Below, piece by piece: positions 56,114-64,000 of a stretch of 64,000 nucleotides of DNA. The notes under the pieces were generated by a model. That model was not told the DNA's origin and did not search any database. It worked only from the letters and a program-made list of their open reading frames with translations. Source of the DNA: an uncultured delta proteobacterium (GTDB lineage Bacteria > Myxococcota > UBA727 > VGSZ01). The position numbers were made by a program, and so were the translations under genes. The stretch's first letter is position 1, and the number at the start of each line of letters is the position of its first letter. The stretch spans positions 1 to 64,000 of the forward strand of contig CAVZJB010000008.1 of the NCBI GenBank assembly GCA_963775425.1. Reading direction: 5' to 3'.

Positions 56114-56434
56114 GGGACACCTCCTTCGAGGACAGCAGGACGACGACGAGCACCACGCGGGCGCTCCGAGGGACACGAGCGATCGGATAAGAACCGGGCG
56201 ATCGGGGACCAGGGTCGCGTCGCCTCACGTGGCGCGCGCGGCGCGGCGGGCGCGGCGAGGGGCGGCGTCGCGCGCGGGCACCGTCGAGCCTCGGTGAGGT
56301 GTCGGCGGTGATGGCGCGCGGGCGGCCCGACCCCGGGCCCTTGGCGCAGCGGGCGGCGCGTGCCCCTCCTCCCCGCGGGCGGGCGAAGGAGACGGCGGGG
56401 GCGCTCCCCTGGCGCCCGGTCCTCCCGGCTTTCA

Positions 56435-56510
56435 TGGATCAGATGACGGGATTCGAACCCGCTACAGCCAGCCTGACAGACTGGTGCTCTACCCGATGAG
56501 CTACATCCGA
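56435..56510 (-). tRNA. Non-canonical tRNA-Asp(GUC)-like RNA
   Basis: TCGGATG-TA-GCTC-ATCGGGTA-GAGC-A-CCAGT-CT-GTC-AG-GCTGG-CTGTA-GCGGG-TTCGAAT-CCCGT-CATCTGA-T-CCA: 76-nt cloverleaf with encoded CCA but U73. Confidence 0.85.
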
Positions 56511-56683
56511 GGGTCCGCCTTCAAGGGGCGATCTCGCGTCTCATAAGGAGCGGAACGCATCGGTGCGATGCACGAAACGCAAAGCGTGTGCAGCACGAGG
56601 CGCCGGTTGTGTCCTCCTTTCGAGGCCACACCGACGCTCGCGCGCCCGCCTTGATTCAGAACCCGCGGCCGCGCCGATCAGGA

Positions 56684-56881
56684 TCAGGCGCGGCGCTCGG
56701 TTCGGCGCCGGACCACGGCGGCGGCGACCATGAGCGCGACGAGGACGACGAGCACCGCGCCGTGCACGGGCTCCACGACGTAGTGCATCACGGTGAAAGG
56801 GCTCGTGGTCCCGTGGCCCGGGTGGGCCGCGGCGGGCAGCGCGCCCATCATCGAAGACAACAAGACGGCGAGGCGCTTCAT
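56684..56881 (-). CDS. Small membrane protein with an AHPGH metal-binding N-terminus (HupE/UreJ-like start)
   Basis: RBS AAGGAG; signal peptide ending AAA-HPGHG, then HYVVEPVH and a TM helix; directly downstream of hypF. Confidence 0.65.
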   Translation of the reverse strand: MKRLAVLLSSMMGALPAAAHPGHGTTSPFTVMHYVVEPVHGAVLVVLVALMVAAAVVRRRTERRA

Positions 56882-56957
56882 GGTCGGCTCCTTCAGGCGG
56901 GTGAAGCTACGGCATCTCGCTCGGAGCAGGGCGCATTTCTTTGCGCGCGGCGTCGGC

Positions 56958-59267
56958 TCACCTCGCCTTCGCGAGCAGCGCAGACGCCACCGCGGCCTGG
57001 CCGAGGGAGAGGCCGCCGTCGTTGGGCGGCACGCGTCGATGCGCCAGCACCTCGAAGCCGTCGTCCTCGAGGAGCGCGCGCGCTCGCTCGCTCAAGCGGC
57101 GGTTCTGGAAGCAGCCGCCCGACAGCACCACCGTCCCCGGCGCCCCTCGGGCGCGCGCCCGCCTGCAGCCCGCGAGCACCACCGCCGCCAGCGTCTCGTG
57201 GAAGCGCGCGGCGACGACGCCGGCGTCGACGCCGGCGCGGACGTCGCGGGCGACGGCGCGCACCACGGGCCTGAGGTCGACGACGAACGGCGAGGCCGGC
57301 GCCGCCGTGGCTGCGTCGCCGAGCGCGAAGGCGTACGCAGGCGCGGCCGTGTCACCCGCCGCCTGTTCGAGCAGCACCGCGGCCTGCGCCTCCCACGTCG
57401 AGGTGACGCACAAGCCGCACAGCGACGACACCGCGTCGAACCACCGGCCGGCGCCGCTGGTGGCCGGCAGCGGGAGTCCGCGTTGCAGGAGCTCTTCCAC
57501 GCGGGTCAGGCGGTCAGCGTCGACGCCCGCGAACAAGCCCGACGCGGGCACCTCGGCGTCGTGGAGCGCGGCGAGCCCGATGCGCCACGGCTGCCGGACG
57601 GCCGCGTCGCCGCCGCACAGCGCGAGCGGCCGCAGGTGTCCGAGGCGGCGGTACGACGTGAGGTCCGCTTCGAAGATCTCGCCGCCCCACAGCGTGCCGT
57701 CGTCGCCGGCGCCGCTGCCGTCGAAGATCACGCCGATCACGGGGCCCTTGTGGTGGTGCTCGGCGAGGCAGGCGGCGACGTGCGCGTGGTGGTGTTGCAC
57801 CGGAACCCGCGGCAGGCCGAGCGCGATCGCGAAGCGCGTCGAGCGGTAGTCAGCGTGCAGGTCGTGCGCGACGGCGGCCGGCACCACCGACAAGAGGCGC
57901 TCGAGGTCCGGGACGACGTCCAGGAAGTGACTGAACGTCGGCAGGTCGGAGAGGTCGCCGATGTGTTGCGACAAGAGCGCCCGGCCGTCGCGCGCGAGGC
58001 ACACGGTGTTGTCCTGATCGCCGCCCACGGCGAGCAGCGGCGGCCCCGCGACGGGGAGCGTCACAAGCTCGGGGACGAAGCCGCGCGCGCGGCGCAGCGG
58101 GACCGGGCGCCCGTCGAAGACGCGCACCACGGAGTCATCCACGCGCCGGACGATGTCGCGGTCGTGCAAGAGGAAGGCGTCGGCGATCCCCTGCAGCCGG
58201 CGCTGCGCGTCGTCGCTGTCCGCGGCGATGGGCTCCTGCGCGGCGTTGCCGCTCGTCATCACGAGCAGGGGCGGCCCCTCGCGCGCGAGCAGCTCCTGCA
58301 GCGGCGACGGCGGGAGGAACACACCGACCTCGTCGAGCCCCGGCGCCACCGCAGGCGACAGCGGGCCGCCGGCCGCCGCCGCGACGAGGACGATGGGCCG
58401 CGCGGGGGACAGCAGCGCGCTGCGCTCGGCGTCAGTCGGGCGCGCGATGCGCTCGACCTCGATGACGTCGCGCACCATCACCGCGAACGGCTTGTCGGGC
58501 GTTCGCTTGCGCGAACGCAAGCGCGTGACGGCCTCGTCGTCGGTGGCGTCGCATGCGAGGACGAAGCCGCCGACGCCCTTGACGGCGACGATGCCGCCGG
58601 CGGCGAGCAGGCGGACGGCGGCGTCGAGCGCGTCGCCCGCCTCGAGCACCGGCCCGCCGCCGGCGACGAAGGACACGCGCGGCCCGCACTGCGGACAGGC
58701 GATGGCCTCGGCGTGGTAGCGGCGGTCCCCGGCGTTGTCGTATTCGCGCGCGCACGCGTCGCACATGGAAAACGGCGCCATGGCGGTGGCCGCGCGATCG
58801 TAGGGGAGCGCGCGCACGACGCTGTAGCGCGGGCCGCACGACGTGCACGCGATGAACGGGTGGCGGTGGTGGCGGTCCCGGGGGTCGGCGAGCTCGGCGG
58901 CGCAGGCGCTGCACGGCGCGAGGTCGGCGGGGATGGCGCACGACGACAGGTGTGTCTCGACGCCGCTCGAGCTCTGCACGATGGTGAAGGTGCTGTCGCC
59001 GCGCACGGCGACGGCGACGTGCTCGACGACGTCGACGCGCGCCGCCGCGGGCGCGCGCCGGGGGATCTCGAAGAGGAAGCGCGCGACGGCGTGCTGCGAC
59101 CCTTCCACCTCGAGGACGACGCTGCGGCCATCGTTCTTGATGCAGCCCGTGAGCTCGAGCGCGCGCGCGAGGCGGGCCATGGCGGGACGAAAGCCGACGC
59201 CCTGCACGACGCCTTCGATGCGGACGGAGCGGCGCACCACGGAGACCGACGACGGCGAAGCGTGCAT
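56958..59267 (-). CDS. hypF: Carbamoyltransferase HypF
   Basis: GVVQGVGFRP acylphosphatase domain, two CxxC-x18-CxxC zinc fingers, KGVGGF, QHHHAH, DGSGAGDDGTLWGGE, PPNDGGLSLGQ. Confidence 0.96.
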   Translation of the reverse strand: MHASPSSVSVVRRSVRIEGVVQGVGFRPAMARLARALELTGCIKNDGRSVVLEVEGSQHAVARFLFEIPRRAPAAARVDVVEHVAVAVRGDSTFTIVQSSSGVETHLSSCAIPADLAPCSACAAELADPRDRHHRHPFIACTSCGPRYSVVRALPYDRAATAMAPFSMCDACAREYDNAGDRRYHAEAIACPQCGPRVSFVAGGGPVLEAGDALDAAVRLLAAGGIVAVKGVGGFVLACDATDDEAVTRLRSRKRTPDKPFAVMVRDVIEVERIARPTDAERSALLSPARPIVLVAAAAGGPLSPAVAPGLDEVGVFLPPSPLQELLAREGPPLLVMTSGNAAQEPIAADSDDAQRRLQGIADAFLLHDRDIVRRVDDSVVRVFDGRPVPLRRARGFVPELVTLPVAGPPLLAVGGDQDNTVCLARDGRALLSQHIGDLSDLPTFSHFLDVVPDLERLLSVVPAAVAHDLHADYRSTRFAIALGLPRVPVQHHHAHVAACLAEHHHKGPVIGVIFDGSGAGDDGTLWGGEIFEADLTSYRRLGHLRPLALCGGDAAVRQPWRIGLAALHDAEVPASGLFAGVDADRLTRVEELLQRGLPLPATSGAGRWFDAVSSLCGLCVTSTWEAQAAVLLEQAAGDTAAPAYAFALGDAATAAPASPFVVDLRPVVRAVARDVRAGVDAGVVAARFHETLAAVVLAGCRRARARGAPGTVVLSGGCFQNRRLSERARALLEDDGFEVLAHRRVPPNDGGLSLGQAAVASALLAKAR

Positions 59268-59387
59268 GGGAGAGGCCTTAAGAAACCCCGTCGTCGCCGC
59301 CAGACAATGAAAGCGTGCGATCCGCGCTCGTCGACGACGATCGTCCGGTCAGCGTGCGGATCACGTGGCGGTGCATAGGACAACGCG

Positions 59388-59544
59388 ATGAACAAGCTCG
59401 CGTTGATGCAGAGCCCGGTGGCCACCGTCGAAGCCGACGCGCCGCGCGCGGAGGTCCTCGTCGTGCACCTGCGGCAGCTTCGACGTCGAGGTGGTCGTCG
59501 GTGAGGATCTCACCCTGTTGGAGGTGGAGGTGCGCGATGTGTGA
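59388..59544 (+). pseudogene. hypA: hypA remnant with an internal deletion and frameshift
   Basis: N-terminal MNKLALMQSPVATVEADAPRAEVLVVHLR joined out of frame to C-terminal CTCGSFDVEVVVGEDLTLLEVEVRDV*, overlapping the hypB start. Confidence 0.75.
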
Positions 59545-60319
59545 GACCTGCGCTTGCATTCGCCGGACGCCGAACAGCGGTCAACTGCGCGGCCACGCTC
59601 AGCCGCACGCCGCCATTCGCGGGCCCGCGCAGGGGACGCGCTCGATGCGGCTGGCCCTCGACCTCGTCGACAAGAGCGCGCGCCTCGGCGCCCTCGCGCG
59701 GGCGCGTATGGAGGAGCGCGGCGTCCACGCGCTCAACCTCATCGGCGCTCCAGGCGCCGGCAAGACCGCGCTGCTCGAGGCGACGCTGGCGCGGCTGCGT
59801 GACGTGCCCGCCGCCGTCCTCGAGGGCGACCAGCAGACCGACCTCGACGCCGCGCGCATCCGCGCCACCGGCGTCCCCGTCCACCGGATCAACACGGGCG
59901 GCGCGTGCCACCTCGACCCCCACATGATCATCGACGCGCTCAACCGGATGACGCTGCCCCGGCGCACGCTGCTCTTCGTCGAAAACGTCGGCAACCTCGC
60001 CTGTCCGGCGCTGTTCGACATCGGAGAGCGGGCGAAGGTGGTGGTGATGAGCGTGACCGAGGGCGAGGACACGCCGCTCAAGCACCCACAGGTGTTCGCG
60101 GCGTCGGAGGCGCTGGTGCTGACCAAGGTCGACCTGCTGCCGCACCTGCCGTTCGACGTCGAGCGCTGCGTCGCGCAAGCGCTTCAGGTGAATCGCTCGC
60201 TCAAGGTGTTCTTGACGTCTGCGACCACCGGCGAAGGCGTGGCGCACTGGTGCCGCTTCGTGCGCGGCTTCGCTGAGCCGCGCGTGTCGCAGGAGGCGGA
60301 GTGGCCGACGCTGTCGTGA
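59537..60319 (+). CDS. hypB: Hydrogenase nickel incorporation GTPase HypB
   Basis: MCETCAC, GAPGAGKTALLE, EGDQ, CHLD, ENVGNLACP, SVTEGED, TKVD. Confidence 0.92.
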   Translation: MCETCACIRRTPNSGQLRGHAQPHAAIRGPAQGTRSMRLALDLVDKSARLGALARARMEERGVHALNLIGAPGAGKTALLEATLARLRDVPAAVLEGDQQTDLDAARIRATGVPVHRINTGGACHLDPHMIIDALNRMTLPRRTLLFVENVGNLACPALFDIGERAKVVVMSVTEGEDTPLKHPQVFAASEALVLTKVDLLPHLPFDVERCVAQALQVNRSLKVFLTSATTGEGVAHWCRFVRGFAEPRVSQEAEWPTLS

Positions 60320-60386
60320 TCGACGAGTTGGGGACGAAAGCGATCGCCGCGCTGCGGGAGCGCGAGAGAGAAATCGGGGGCTGAAG

Positions 60387-61712
60387 ATGAGCTTCGAGCG
60401 CGCGCAGAAGATCGCCGACGCGGTCCTTCTGGAGGGATACCTCCTGTATCCGTACCGGCCGTCGACGAAGAACGACCACCGCTTCACCTTCGGTGTGGTG
60501 GCGCCGCGCGCGTTCAGCGAGGCCGGCGGTGGGGAGCGCTGGTCGCTGCAGACGGAGCTCCTGCTCCAGCCGCCGGGGGTGACCGGCGCCGATGTCGTGT
60601 GGCTGCGCCTGCGCCACCTGCAGATGCAGCGGCGCACCGTGGAGGCGGCGCTCCCCGAGGGCTTCGTCGAGGTGTCGTCGCTCGACGCCGCCGGCGTGCT
60701 TCACGTGCCGTTCGACGAGGCCGTGCTGTGCGAGAGCGACCTCGTCATTCGCGTCGACGACGCGCTGTCTCCCGTGGGCATCGAGCTCGAGTTCGGCGTG
60801 GAGGCGGCGCGCACCGAGGAGATGGTCGCGGCGAATGGCGTCGTCCTCGGCCGCATCGTGCGGGAGCGCGAGGCCATCACCGGCTGTGTGCATCTCCAGG
60901 CGGAGGAGGTCCCCGCCGGGCGCCCGCTGTTGCGCATGACGCTGCGCGTGGAGAACCACACGCCGTGGCTCGTCGGCTCCGTGCGCCGCGACCGCGCGCT
61001 GCGCAAGAGCCTCTTGTCGGCGCACTTGCTCTTGTGGGCGCCGACGACGTCCTTCGTCTCGTCGGCGGAGCCACCCGGCTGGGCCGCGCGCGCGGCGTCG
61101 GCGTGCAAGAGCGACGGCCTGTACCCCGTGCTCGTCGGCGAGCGCGACGACCTGTTGCTCGCCACGCCCATCATGCTGCCCGACCGCCCGCAGCTCGCGC
61201 TCGAGAGCCCCGGCGACCTCTCCGACGCCACCGAGATCGACGAGCTGCTGGCGCTGCGCGTGCGCACGCTCACCGACCACGACAAGCGCCTGGCCCGTGC
61301 GACCGATCCGCGCGCAGCCCGCATCATCGACCACGTCGCCGCGCTCGACGACGCCCGGCTCGAGCGGCTCCACGACGCGCGGCAGGCACCGGGCGTCGAC
61401 AGCGGGCCGCCCACGGTCCCGCAGAGGGCGGCGACGGTGGGCGGCGCGCGGGTGCCGCCCGAGCTGCAGCCGGGGAGGCACGTGCGGCTGCGCCCCGGCC
61501 TCCACCGCGCCGACGCGCAGGACGCCCGGTACGCAGGGAGGACGGCGACCGTGGAGCGGGTGATGCAGGACGGGGACGGCAACGTGCTCCTCGCTGTCAC
61601 CCTCGACGACGACCCCGCGGGGATCGAGCAGCGCTTCCGCAGACAATTCCACACCTGTCGCATCGATGAAGTCGAGCCGATCGAGCTTGGCGGCCCGGAG
61701 GTGGTCCCATGA
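60387..61712 (+). CDS. Conserved hydrogenase-cluster accessory protein (group 1h/actinobacterial-type)
   Basis: ADAVLLEGYLLYPYR, PIMLPDRPQLALESPGDLSDATEIDELLALRVRTLTD, C-terminal RVRLRP..DAQD..LAVTLDDDP; recognised from memory of such clusters. Confidence 0.7.
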   Translation: MSFERAQKIADAVLLEGYLLYPYRPSTKNDHRFTFGVVAPRAFSEAGGGERWSLQTELLLQPPGVTGADVVWLRLRHLQMQRRTVEAALPEGFVEVSSLDAAGVLHVPFDEAVLCESDLVIRVDDALSPVGIELEFGVEAARTEEMVAANGVVLGRIVREREAITGCVHLQAEEVPAGRPLLRMTLRVENHTPWLVGSVRRDRALRKSLLSAHLLLWAPTTSFVSSAEPPGWAARAASACKSDGLYPVLVGERDDLLLATPIMLPDRPQLALESPGDLSDATEIDELLALRVRTLTDHDKRLARATDPRAARIIDHVAALDDARLERLHDARQAPGVDSGPPTVPQRAATVGGARVPPELQPGRHVRLRPGLHRADAQDARYAGRTATVERVMQDGDGNVLLAVTLDDDPAGIEQRFRRQFHTCRIDEVEPIELGGPEVVP

Positions 61713-62248
61713 CGGAGCGCGTGCTCGTGGCCGGAATCGGCAACGTGTTCTTTCGTGACGACGGCTTCGGCGTGGAGCTCGCCTGGCGGCTGGCGCCGTG
61801 GAAGGAGGGCGGCGTCGCGGTCGTCGACTACGGCATCCGCGAGCTCCACCTCGCCTACGACCTGCTCGAGCCGTGGGACCTCCTCGTCATCCTCGACGCC
61901 ACGCCGCGAGGGGGGCCGCCCGGGACGCTCTACGCCATCGAGCCGAACGTCGACGCCGCGCGGCCCTCGGACGCCGTCGGCGCCGCCGCCCACGGCAACG
62001 ACCTGGCGTCGGTGTTCACGGCCGCGCGCGGGCTCGGCGCCGACATCCCGCGGGCGCTCGTCATCGGCTGCGAGCCCGCCGACGTCGGCGCCGGCATCGG
62101 CCTGAGCCCGGTCGTCGACAAGGTGATGCCGTCCGCCGTGGAGCTCGTGCACAGCGTGGTGGATTTCAACGCGGCCGCTCCATCCGGTCGCAAAGGGCGG
62201 CGGGGATTTTGCCCCCGTGATCCCGCGCGTGGTATCGAGACGGGGTGA
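61709..62248 (+). CDS. Hydrogenase maturation protease (HyaD/HybD family)
   Basis: VLVAGIGNVFFRDDGFG, VVDYGIR, ILDA, AHG, VIGCEP. Confidence 0.9.
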   Translation: MTERVLVAGIGNVFFRDDGFGVELAWRLAPWKEGGVAVVDYGIRELHLAYDLLEPWDLLVILDATPRGGPPGTLYAIEPNVDAARPSDAVGAAAHGNDLASVFTAARGLGADIPRALVIGCEPADVGAGIGLSPVVDKVMPSAVELVHSVVDFNAAAPSGRKGRRGFCPRDPARGIETG

Positions 62249-62580
62249 GGCCCCGCGTGCTCCTGGTCGTTGCCGGCGGCGTCGCTGCCGTCGTCGCCGC
62301 CTACGCGGTGCTGTCTCCTTCGGGACTTCCACAGTTGTGGAACCTGCGCCGCCAGGAAGAGACCCTGCAGGTCCACGTCGACAAGGCGCGCGTCGACAAC
62401 GCCCGGCTCACCGACGAGGTGAAGGTCCTTCAGGGCGGGGAGCCCGCGAGCAAGATCGTCCTCGAGAAGCACGCGCGCGAGGAGCTCGGGTACGTCCGCG
62501 CCGACGAGGTCGTGCTCACCGGCCTCCCCGCGCACGCGCCCGCGGCCGACGGCGCCCCGCCGGCGGCGGCGGCGCCGTGA
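62245..62580 (+). CDS. ftsB: Septum formation initiator FtsB/DivIC
   Basis: Single TM helix, coiled coil NARLTDEVKVL, LEKHAREELGYVRADE. Confidence 0.85.
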   Translation: MRPRVLLVVAGGVAAVVAAYAVLSPSGLPQLWNLRRQEETLQVHVDKARVDNARLTDEVKVLQGGEPASKIVLEKHAREELGYVRADEVVLTGLPAHAPAADGAPPAAAAP

Positions 62581-62605
62581 GCGCGCTCCTGAACGGGACG
62601 GACGC

Positions 62606-64000
62606 ATGACCGCGCTGCCGCGGCTCGCCGGCACCATCGGGGATCGGGGGCGCTTCGACGCGTTCGTCGAGGACGCACCGCGCAGGGCGCCGCGGCCGGC
62701 CGTGGCTTTGTCCCCGTCGACGGCGCGCGCCCTCGGGCTGTTCGTGCCCCTCGCGTGCGGGATCCTGTGGCTCCTGCGCGTCGACCTCGTCGTCGTGGCC
62801 GCGCTCCCCGTGGCGGCGGCGTTCGTCCTCGCGGCGCCGCTGTTGATCGCGCGCGCCACGGGCAAGCGCGCGGTGTGGCCGGACGCCGTCGGCCCGCTGG
62901 GCGCCGCCTTCGCCGCCGTGTGCGCCGGCGTCGCCGCCACCGGCGCGGCGTCGCCCTTCTTGCTGCTCGCGCTCGCCGTCGTCGTCGCCGAGGGCGCGCT
63001 CGTCCCCGGCCGCCGCCTCGCGGTGGCGCTGCCGTCGTCGGCGGTGGCGCTGTGCGGCGCGCTGTGGGTGTCGGCGGCCGGCCCCGGCGCCCTCGTCGCC
63101 GACGCGCTGGTGCTGCTCGGCTTCGGGATGCTCGGGCGCGCGCTCTTCTTCGGCACGCTCAAGGCCGTGCAGCTGCGCGAGGAGGCGCGCGTCGACGGCG
63201 AGCTTCTGCGCCTCTACGACGATGCCCGCTTGTTCGGGTTGCTCGGGTCCGCCGAGCCCGACGACGAAGACGCCGCCGACAAGCGCCTCGTCGCACAGAC
63301 CCTCGCGGTGCGCGACGGCTGCTATCGGCTGCTGCGCCTGGGCGCCCGCGCGCTCTCGCCCGACGCCGCCGGCGTCTACCTCCTCGACGCGCGCGGCAAG
63401 GAGCTGGTGCTGAAGGAGCAGCTCGTCGACGTCGAGGGCGCCCTCGTCCCGCGCGTGAGCGCGTCCGCCGGGGCGCTCGGCCTCGCGCTGAAGCGCGCCC
63501 AGGCCATCCGCCTGCTCGACGCCGACGGCCCGGCGGTGCAGGTCCACCGTCGCGGCGCCAGGAGCGTGCTGTGCGCCCCGCTGCGCGACGGTGCGCAGAT
63601 CCGCGGCGTGCTCGTCTTTGATCGGAGCCACGGGGAGCTGTTCACCGACCACGACGAGACCTTCGCGCTCCTGTTGTGCGAGGAGCTGGTCGCGCTGCTG
63701 CGAACCGAGCGCGTGCTCGAGCGCCTCGACTTCGAGCACAAGAAGATCGGTCGCATCTTCGGCGCGGCCCGCGCCTTCGGCGGCGTGGTCCGCCTCGACG
63801 ACGCCATGGAGCACGCGCTGCGCGCGGCCGTCGACCTCTGTCCGTCGGCGAGCGCGGCGGTCCTCGAGATCATGCCCCCCGATGTGCGCACGACCCCCTC
63901 GGCCACCACGCTGGTGGGCCCGCCGCCGCCGTCGATGCGCGTGCGGGCGGCCGCCGGTCCGTTGGCCGCGCTGCTCGCCACCGACGACGTCATGACCGTC
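62606..64000 (+). CDS. Membrane GAF-domain sensor, probably a diguanylate cyclase (DmxA-like); truncated by the window end
   Basis: Frame open from ATG 62606 to the edge (absent from the ORF track); several TM helices, then GAF motifs GVYLLDARGKELVL and RSVLCAPLRDGAQIRGVLVFDR; follows ftsB. Confidence 0.7.
   Translation, partial: MTALPRLAGTIGDRGRFDAFVEDAPRRAPRPAVALSPSTARALGLFVPLACGILWLLRVDLVVVAALPVAAAFVLAAPLLIARATGKRAVWPDAVGPLGAAFAAVCAGVAATGAASPFLLLALAVVVAEGALVPGRRLAVALPSSAVALCGALWVSAAGPGALVADALVLLGFGMLGRALFFGTLKAVQLREEARVDGELLRLYDDARLFGLLGSAEPDDEDAADKRLVAQTLAVRDGCYRLLRLGARALSPDAAGVYLLDARGKELVLKEQLVDVEGALVPRVSASAGALGLALKRAQAIRLLDADGPAVQVHRRGARSVLCAPLRDGAQIRGVLVFDRSHGELFTDHDETFALLLCEELVALLRTERVLERLDFEHKKIGRIFGAARAFGGVVRLDDAMEHALRAAVDLCPSASAAVLEIMPPDVRTTPSATTLVGPPPPSMRVRAAAGPLAALLATDDVMTV

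Noticed and set aside
56578-56593. Sigma54 promoter for the tRNA-like/slipin unit (minus strand CTGCACACGCTTTGCG)
   Set aside because: The -12 TTGC and spacing fit, but the near-invariant -24 GG is TG; too weak to call

Overview
Very GC-rich chromosomal window, most likely from a Myxococcota (deltaproteobacterial) genome, judged from a MYXO-CTERM protein, PEGA and Ser/Thr kinase genes, a DUF1552/DUF1592 pair and ftsB followed by a DmxA-like GAF sensor. From left to right it carries: the 5' half of tRNA-Ala(UGC); a MacAB-TolC-type efflux operon ending in a GT1 glycosyltransferase; several secreted proteins and lipoproteins (PA14, MltF-like, LamG/phage-fibre-like, GE-repeat); a frameshifted kinase; NagZ; ftsE-ftsX-envC; an RpoH-like sigma-factor operon; DUF1592/DUF1552; DPP-IV; mtnA; a RegB-like kinase with an atypical NtrC-type regulator; an M23 peptidase, a PilZ protein, epmA and a FadL-like porin; a stand-alone tRNA-Ile(GAU); an orphan module with a type III secretion needle/filament-like protein and TPR chaperones; a ferritin-like diiron enzyme; a non-canonical tRNA-Asp-like RNA plus a long leader in front of an SPFH/slipin gene; and a decaying [NiFe]-hydrogenase maturation cluster upstream of ftsB. 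The best candidates for new biology are the T3SS needle-like/chaperone module (about 49.2-53.2 kb) and the tRNA-like RNA/leader/slipin unit with no adjacent rtc genes (about 55.0-56.6 kb). All calls come from reading motifs by eye; no searches were run.
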